A DNA stretch of 64,000 nt from Candidatus Eiseniibacteriota bacterium (GTDB taxonomy: Bacteria > Eisenbacteria > RBG-16-71-46): positions 864,001 through 928,000 of the forward strand of contig CAVZLN010000003.1 of NCBI GenBank assembly GCA_963776245.1, written 5' to 3'. Below, piece by piece: positions 58,280 to 64,000 of this stretch; within the stretch, counting starts at the first letter, position 1, and every line of letters begins with the position of its first letter. Both the position numbers and the translations under genes were made by a program. The notes below the pieces were generated by a model that did no database searches, had not been told where the DNA came from, and was given only the letters and a program-made list of their open reading frames with translations.

Positions 58280-58948
58280 TCATCGGGCCCGCGCCAGCGC
58301 GCGCGCGAGGTGGCGCACCAGTGCCTCGCCGGCCGCGGCGGCGCTGGCGCCGAACGCGATCACGCCGTCCTCGTGCCCGCCCATCACGACCATGCCGAGC
58401 GAACCGGCGGCGCTCTCGCGCACCAGACGCTGCACCTCGAGCGCCATCGCCGGGGTGCCGTACGCGGCGCCGGGGTCGGTGACCGGAAGCCCGAGCCCCT
58501 GCGCGTCGCGCCAGATCTCGGGGCAGTGGCCGTGCAGCACCACGCGCGCCGCGGGTGCCACGTCGTAGATCGCGCCGTGGGTGAGGGACTCGGACGAGGG
58601 CGGGAGCGCCCCGGTGCTCGCGACCTGGTTGCGCGCGACGTCGTAGCGCTCCACCACGCAGAAATCGTCGAGCGTCACCGCGCGCCGGCCGCCGGTCCGG
58701 GTGGCGGTCACGAGGAAGCGCCGCTGCCCGCGCGGGGCGTCGCCGAACGGCCCGATCCGCGCACTCGCGTTGCCATAGGCGGCGCCCTCGTAGCGCGCCG
58801 GGTCCTGCCCGATGAGCCGCAGCCGCGCCAGCACCTCGCGCCACGCCGCGAGCATGCGGGCGGTCTCGCCGTGTACGCGCGGGTCGAGCGGGCGCGTCTG
58901 GTGCGCGACCTCGAACTTGACGACGCCCTCGGTTCGCGGGGTGGACAT
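58280..58948 (-). CDS. Class II aldolase/adducin family protein
   Basis: YGNASAR, PSSESLTH, VLHGH, AYGTP and GGHEDG motifs. Confidence 0.85.
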   Translation of the reverse strand: MSTPRTEGVVKFEVAHQTRPLDPRVHGETARMLAAWREVLARLRLIGQDPARYEGAAYGNASARIGPFGDAPRGQRRFLVTATRTGGRRAVTLDDFCVVERYDVARNQVASTGALPPSSESLTHGAIYDVAPAARVVLHGHCPEIWRDAQGLGLPVTDPGAAYGTPAMALEVQRLVRESAAGSLGMVVMGGHEDGVIAFGASAAAAGEALVRHLARALARAR

Positions 58949-59198
58949 GGCGCGGACGTTAGCAGAGGAGGGCGGCGCCCGGGGACCGGCGGCCGGGCGG
59001 TCCCGCGCCGGCGGGTCCCCGCGCGCCGCCGCACGCGGGCGGCGACTCCGGCGCGCGCCTGTGCTAGCGTCCGCCGCACCGGCGCCCCGGCGCCGCTTCG
59101 TGCACCGCGCGCGCCCCCGCTCACCGACCCGCACCCGTGCGCGCCCTGCTCCCCGTGACCCGCTCTCGCCGCGCCCCGCGGGCGCCGCCGGAGGTCCC

Positions 59199-60159
59199 AT
59201 GGTGAACGTGTCCTATCTCGCACCCATCCGGCGCGCCTGGGAACGCATGGCGCGGATGCTGTTCATGCCGTTCCGCATCGAGATGTGGCTGGTGCTCGGG
59301 TTCGCCGCGTTCCTCTCGGAGTGGATGACCGGGGGCGGGATGGCCGGCGGTCGGGGAGGGCACGGCATCAACTTCCACGGCAGCCCGCGGGACCTCGAGC
59401 CGGCGATCGACCGGGTGCGCTCGTTCCTGCAGGACCCGTTCTGGATGGGACTGCTGGTGTGGATCATCCTGGTCGCGGCGGCGCTCCTCATCCTGTTCCA
59501 ATGGATCGGCTCGCACGGGAAGTTCGTGTTCCTCGACGGTGTGGTGCGCGAGCGCGCCGCCATCCGCGAGCCGTGGTCCCGCACCGCGCGCCTCGGGGAC
59601 TCGCTGTTCTTCTTCCGCATCCTCTATCCTGCTCGCCGCTGGCGCCGTGGTGGGCGTGGTCGCGGTGCTCACCGTGGGCCCGGCGCTGCGCACCATCTTC
59701 CTGGAGCGCGGCGACGCGTTCCAGCTCCTCGCGCCGCTGGTGGGCGGCATCCTGCTGCTGGCCGCGATCGCGGTGGTGTTCAGCCTCGGGGTGCTCATGC
59801 TGGACGCGTTCGTGGTGCCCATCATGTACCGGCACGGGATCGGCGTGATGGCGGCGTGGGGCCGGTTCCTGCCGCTGCTCAGCGCCCACCCGCTCGCGTT
59901 CATCGTGTACATCGTGATCGTGGCGGTGCTGGGCGTGTGCGCGTTCGCGGCGATCATCACCCTGGGGCTCGCGACCTGCTGCATGGGCTTCCTGCTGATG
60001 GCGGTGCCCTATGTGGGGCAGGTGCTGCTGCTGCCGGTGCACGTGATGTTCCGCGGGCTGGGGCCGGATTTCCTGTCGCAGTTCGGGCCCGACTTCGACG
60101 TGTTCGCGACCCCGGTGCCCGCGGTCGCGCCGCCTCCGCCGGCCGGACCGACGGCATGA
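59199..60159 (+). CDS. Multi-pass membrane protein (one frameshift at about 59625)
   Basis: GGAGG RBS and MVNVSY start; hydrophobic reading continues in frame 59539-60159 after CATCCTCTATCC. Confidence 0.7.
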
Positions 60160-60617
60160 GCGCGGGCCTCGCGGACGGCGCCGACGCGGCGCGCGCGCAC
60201 CGCGCGCCGCGCGCGGCACGGGCCGAGTGGGTGCCATGGACCGCGTGGGCGCTCGCCGGGGTGGCGGGCGTGCTGCTGTGGAAGGTGACCGGCACGGAGG
60301 GGTTCGCGCGCGCCGCCGCCGCGCCGGGGGGGTGTGCGGTGCGCGAGTGGACCGGCGTGGGATGCCTGACGTGCGGGCTCACGCGCGCGTTCGCCGCACT
60401 CGCGCGCGGCGAGTGGCGGGCGTCGCTCGCGCTCCATCCGTGGGCGTTGCTCGCGGTCGCGCAGGCCGCGGGGGCGTGGGTCGCATGGGGCGCGTGGCGC
60501 GCGGGCGCGCTGCGCCAGCGGCCCGACCGCTGGATCCCGCGCGCGATCGCGCTCAATCTCCTCGCGCTCGCGCTGCTGTGGGCCGCGCGGTTCGCGACCG
60601 GGACGCTGCCGAGCTGA
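60156..60617 (+). CDS. DUF2752-like membrane protein
   Basis: C..R..TG..CLTCGLTRAF..L..G...SL..HP motif; ATGA overlap with the upstream gene. Confidence 0.75.
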   Translation: MSAGLADGADAARAHRAPRAARAEWVPWTAWALAGVAGVLLWKVTGTEGFARAAAAPGGCAVREWTGVGCLTCGLTRAFAALARGEWRASLALHPWALLAVAQAAGAWVAWGAWRAGALRQRPDRWIPRAIALNLLALALLWAARFATGTLPS

Positions 60618-60641
60618 CGCGGATCGCCGCGTGACGCACGA

Positions 60642-60673
60642 CGCCCGGGTGGAGTCGCTGCTCCACCCGGGCG
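60642..60673. terminator. Hairpin between convergent genes
   Basis: CGCCCGGGTGGAG-6 nt-CTCCACCCGGGCG followed by CTATT. Confidence 0.65.
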
Positions 60674-60700
60674 CTATTGTCCGCGGCAGGACCGCTGCGG

Positions 60701-63292
60701 CTACTCGACCACCGCCGACTTCGCGATCAGCGTGCGCGCGCCCTGGCTGAGGCGCATCAGGTAGAGCCCCGGCGCGAGCGGGCCGGGCACCCGGAGCGCG
60801 TGGTTGCCGGCGCCCAGGCTTCCGACCTCGCGCGCGAACACCTTGCGCCCCGCCACGTCCAGGACCTCGAGGCGCGCGGACGCGGCGACCGGCAGCGAGA
60901 ACGCCACCACCGGCGCGCGGGAGGCGGGATTCGGCCGGAAGCCCTGCAGCGCGAGACTCACGCCGCTCGGCACCTCGATCCACGTCTCGCCGGCGAACAC
61001 CTCGGCGCCGCCGACGCTGAGTCCGAGGCGGTAGCCATAGCGCTGTCCGGGCGTCACGTCGGGGTCCACGATCGAAAGCGAGCCGACGCCGTCGGCGACC
61101 GCCTGGCCCAGCACCGTCCATGGCCCGTCACCGGCGCGCCGGTAGATGGTCGCGCGCGTGCTCGCGTCCGGCAGCGACCACACGATGCGGACCTTGCCCG
61201 CCTCGGCGAACGCGCTCACCAGCGAGGCGGTCACCGGCGTGGTCTTGTCGAGCGCGAGCGACCACGCGTTCATCTGGTCGTTGCAGCACCCGCCGTACAG
61301 CGTGAGCGCGTACGTCGTCGGATCGCCGACGAACGTGGCGCCCTGGCGTCCCTCGGGCAGGACCGGTCCGACATCGAGCTGACGCCAGCTCGGGGTGCCC
61401 ACCAGATCGAGCATCCAGGCCTCGAACGGGGGCGGCGTGGGGCCGCCGAAGTTCCAATCGCTGTAGAGCGCGAACCGGCCGCCCAGGGAAGCGCCGGCCA
61501 TGCCCGTGCTCGCCGTGGGCGGCGTGCCGGTGGGCGCCAGTTGGCTCCAGGTGGGAGTGCCGCCCAGCGTCAGCGCCCAGACGTCGGTGTCGGGGCCGTG
61601 TCCGGTGGAGCCGCCCACCACCACCATGCGGTCGGACCACGGCTCGATGCCGACGAAGTGTCCGTCGCGCGCATCCGGCGCGGTCCCGGAAGTGATCACC
61701 TGCGACCACGCCGGCGTCCCCGACAGCGAGAGCGCCCAGACATCGTTGTAGGTCGTGATCCCGACCCCGCCCATGACCAGCATGCGATTGCGCAGCGCGT
61801 CATAGATCGCGCCGTGGCGCTCGCGCGCCGGAGGCGGCGTGCCGGTGGGAGCGAGCTGAGTCCACGCCGGAGTCCCCGAGAGCGAGACCGTCCACACGTC
61901 GTTCAGGACGCCGAGACTGTCGTTGCCGCCGAAGAGCACCATCTGGTCGCGCCCCGCGTCGTAGACGGCGCTGTGCCCGTAACGCCTGCCCATCGGGGTG
62001 CCGGTGGGCACGAGCTGCGACCACCCCGTCCCGCCGCCGAGATCGAACGACCACAGATCGCGGAGCAGGCTGTAGCCGGACATCGAGTACTTGATCCCGC
62101 CGTGCACCAGCATCCGCTCGCGCACCGGATCGATCACCGCCACGTGATCCTGGCGATCGGGCGGCACCGGCACCACGATCTCGGTCCACGCCGGGGTCGA
62201 GCCGAGCGAGAGCGCCCACGATTGGTCCGCGACCGAGCCGGAGTCCGAATTGCCGCCGAAGGACACCATGCGATCGCGCGGAGCGTCGTACACCGTGCCC
62301 GGGAACTGGCGCGCCGTCGGCCGCGGGGCCGAGGGGGTGAGTTCGGTCCACGTCAGCGTGCCGAGGTCGAGCTTCCACAGGTCGTCGGCCGACACCCCGA
62401 CGTACCCGTCGAACATGATCACGTTGTTCCGCGTCGGGTCGCGCATGAACCCCGCGCCCGCGCGCCCCGGCGGCGGCCCGCCGCTGGGAGCGAGGAGGGT
62501 CCACGCCGGGCTGCCACCGAGCGAGAGCGACCAGAGGTCGGTCGGCACGCCGCCGTCGTATCCACTGAACATCACCATCCGGTTCCCGGTCACATCCAGC
62601 ACCGCCTGGGCGGCGACGCGCGCGCCGGGCGGTGTGCCCGAGGCGCTCGGGGACGACCACGTCATGCCTCCGGAGAGCCCGAGGCTCCACAGGTCGCCGA
62701 GGAACAGCGTCGGGGCGCCGCCCGACGGTGCGTCACTGGCTCCGCCGAACAGGAGGATGCGATCGGCGGCCGCGTCGTACGCCGCGGCCGCGTAGATGCG
62801 GGGGCTGGGCGCGGTGCCGACGGGAGTGACCAGGGTCCACGTCAGGGGCGCCGTCGCCAGATCGAGCGTCCAGACGTCGTTCATGGTGACGGTGCTCACC
62901 GCGCCCCCGAACAGCACCAACCGGTCGCGCGGCGTGTCGTAGATGAGCACGCAACCGTCGCGCAGCCCGGGCGAGGTGCCCACGGTCTGCAGTTCGGTCC
63001 ACGCCGGGGTGCCGCTCAGCGACAGCGCCCACAGCTGGGGATCGGGACTGACCCAGCTCCTGCCACCGAACGCCAGCAGCCGCTCGCGGGAGGAGTCGTA
63101 GACGGTCGCGGAGGCATCGAGCCGCGGGGGCGGCAGGCGATGCCAGCTGCCGTCGGCGCCGGTGACGCGGGTCGCGGCGGAACGCGGGGCGCCGAACGGG
63201 GCGGCCGCGAGCGCGGCGGAGCCGGCGAGCACCAGCGCGAGCCCGGTGAGGATCATCGTGATCCTGGCATGGAATGGGGGCGAACGACGCAT
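60701..63292 (-). CDS. Secreted Kelch-repeat protein with C-terminal T9SS/FlgD-like domain
   Basis: About 12 repeats of R.GH.AVYD..RDRMV.FGG...NDVW.LSL.GTP.W; FRPNP...LDVAGR...GLYLMRL C-terminus; AAGGAGG RBS. Confidence 0.88.
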   Translation of the reverse strand: MRRSPPFHARITMILTGLALVLAGSAALAAAPFGAPRSAATRVTGADGSWHRLPPPRLDASATVYDSSRERLLAFGGRSWVSPDPQLWALSLSGTPAWTELQTVGTSPGLRDGCVLIYDTPRDRLVLFGGAVSTVTMNDVWTLDLATAPLTWTLVTPVGTAPSPRIYAAAAYDAAADRILLFGGASDAPSGGAPTLFLGDLWSLGLSGGMTWSSPSASGTPPGARVAAQAVLDVTGNRMVMFSGYDGGVPTDLWSLSLGGSPAWTLLAPSGGPPPGRAGAGFMRDPTRNNVIMFDGYVGVSADDLWKLDLGTLTWTELTPSAPRPTARQFPGTVYDAPRDRMVSFGGNSDSGSVADQSWALSLGSTPAWTEIVVPVPPDRQDHVAVIDPVRERMLVHGGIKYSMSGYSLLRDLWSFDLGGGTGWSQLVPTGTPMGRRYGHSAVYDAGRDQMVLFGGNDSLGVLNDVWTVSLSGTPAWTQLAPTGTPPPARERHGAIYDALRNRMLVMGGVGITTYNDVWALSLSGTPAWSQVITSGTAPDARDGHFVGIEPWSDRMVVVGGSTGHGPDTDVWALTLGGTPTWSQLAPTGTPPTASTGMAGASLGGRFALYSDWNFGGPTPPPFEAWMLDLVGTPSWRQLDVGPVLPEGRQGATFVGDPTTYALTLYGGCCNDQMNAWSLALDKTTPVTASLVSAFAEAGKVRIVWSLPDASTRATIYRRAGDGPWTVLGQAVADGVGSLSIVDPDVTPGQRYGYRLGLSVGGAEVFAGETWIEVPSGVSLALQGFRPNPASRAPVVAFSLPVAASARLEVLDVAGRKVFAREVGSLGAGNHALRVPGPLAPGLYLMRLSQGARTLIAKSAVVE

Positions 63293-63396
63293 GACGGAGA
63301 TCCTCCTTGAGGCCTCGCCCGGGATGCACGAGGGGACATGTCCCGGACGATCAGGCGCGACGGCGGCACCGATCGGCGCTTCCGTGGATGGTGGGC

Positions 63397-63425
63397 AGGC
63401 TAGACCCGCGTGCGCGGCCGGTCAA
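63397..63425 (-). promoter_or_regulatory. Sigma70 promoter of Kelch gene
   Basis: TTGACC-N17-TAGCCT. Confidence 0.6.
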
Positions 63426-63526
63426 CGCTGACCGACCGGCGGCCGTCCGCCGCGCGCTTCGGCGGTCATCCGGCATGCGGTCACATGGGTCATCGGCAGG
63501 ATGCGCGTCCCGCTCGCGGCCTATCC

Positions 63527-63556
63527 TTGACCGCCTCGCGCGTCGCGCGATAGCGT
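63527..63556 (+). promoter_or_regulatory. Sigma70 promoter of tatT-like gene
   Basis: TTGACC-N18-TAGCGT. Confidence 0.5.
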
Positions 63557-63621
63557 GCGGTCCTCGCCATCCGCCGGGAACGCGTCCGTCGTGACCGGTC
63601 GCGCGGCGACGGAGGACCTGC

Positions 63622-64000
63622 TTGCCTTCCAATCGATCCACCCCGGTTCTCACCCGCGTCCTGCGCCCGCTGGTCGCCCTGGTCCTGCTCGGCGCGCTCC
63701 CGCTGGCGCTGGCGTCGTGCTCCATCAAGCGCATCGCGGTCAAGAGCGTCGCCAACTCCCTCACCAGCGGGCCGGATGTCTACGGCACCGACGAGGACCC
63801 GGAGTTGATCCGGGACGCGCTCCCGTTCGGACTCAAGACCATGGAGTCGCTGCTCGCGGTGGTGCCCGATCACGAAGGGCTGCTGCTCGCGCTGTGCCGG
63901 GGGTACACCACGTACGCGTTCGCGTTCGTCCAGTCCGATGGCGACCTGGTGGTGAACAGCGACTACGCGCGCGCCCAGTCGCTGCACGCGCGCGCGCTGC
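63622..64000 (+). CDS. TRAP transporter TatT-component lipoprotein (partial, runs off the window)
   Basis: GGAGG-N6-TTG; MPSNRSTP...LALASC lipobox; SIKRIAV...DEDPELIRDALPFGLKTMESLL..P....LL.LC.GYT.YA.AFVQ. Confidence 0.75.
   Translation, partial: MPSNRSTPVLTRVLRPLVALVLLGALPLALASCSIKRIAVKSVANSLTSGPDVYGTDEDPELIRDALPFGLKTMESLLAVVPDHEGLLLALCRGYTTYAFAFVQSDGDLVVNSDYARAQSLHARAL

Noticed and set aside
60701..63292. Nucleotide-level repeats in Kelch and BNR genes as DNA repeat elements
   Set aside because: Explained by protein repeat units.

Overview
Very GC-rich bacterial chromosomal window with about 50 mostly minus-strand genes; no rRNA, tRNA, CRISPR array or transposase is visible. Secreted proteins ending in FlgD-Ig/T9SS-like domains or an 'SWGxIKxLFR' tail suggest an FCB-related candidate phylum such as Ca. 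Eisenbacteria (inference only). Main contents: (1) a left-edge SOS mutagenesis operon (small beta-rich protein, catalytically intact DinB/PolY, VOC protein, DnaE2-like polymerase missing from the ORF track). Its sigma70 promoter has a perfect TGCAC-N4-GTGCA palindrome, a Fibrobacter-type LexA box, between -35 and -10. (2) Four dispersed intergenic hairpins (6672, 16137, 29156, 47215) with one shared architecture, compensatory base changes and minus-strand G-U bias, a candidate undescribed structured repeat/RNA family. (3) A Cyc2-like monoheme cytochrome-porin. (4) A tandem alpha/beta-hydrolase pair, one lacking catalytic Ser and His. (5) Other genes: several ABC exporters, MprF-like synthase, HU, CapA, YcaQ, split glcDE/glcF, deoxyhypusine-synthase-like enzyme, PLP gamma-lyase, three GT-C glycosyltransferases, oligopeptidase B, AAA+/vWA pair, mtnA with a class II aldolase, and a partial TatT. 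Clustered single-base frameshifts in glcD/glcE/ptrB look like sequencing errors. All assignments come from reading motifs by eye, not from database searches.
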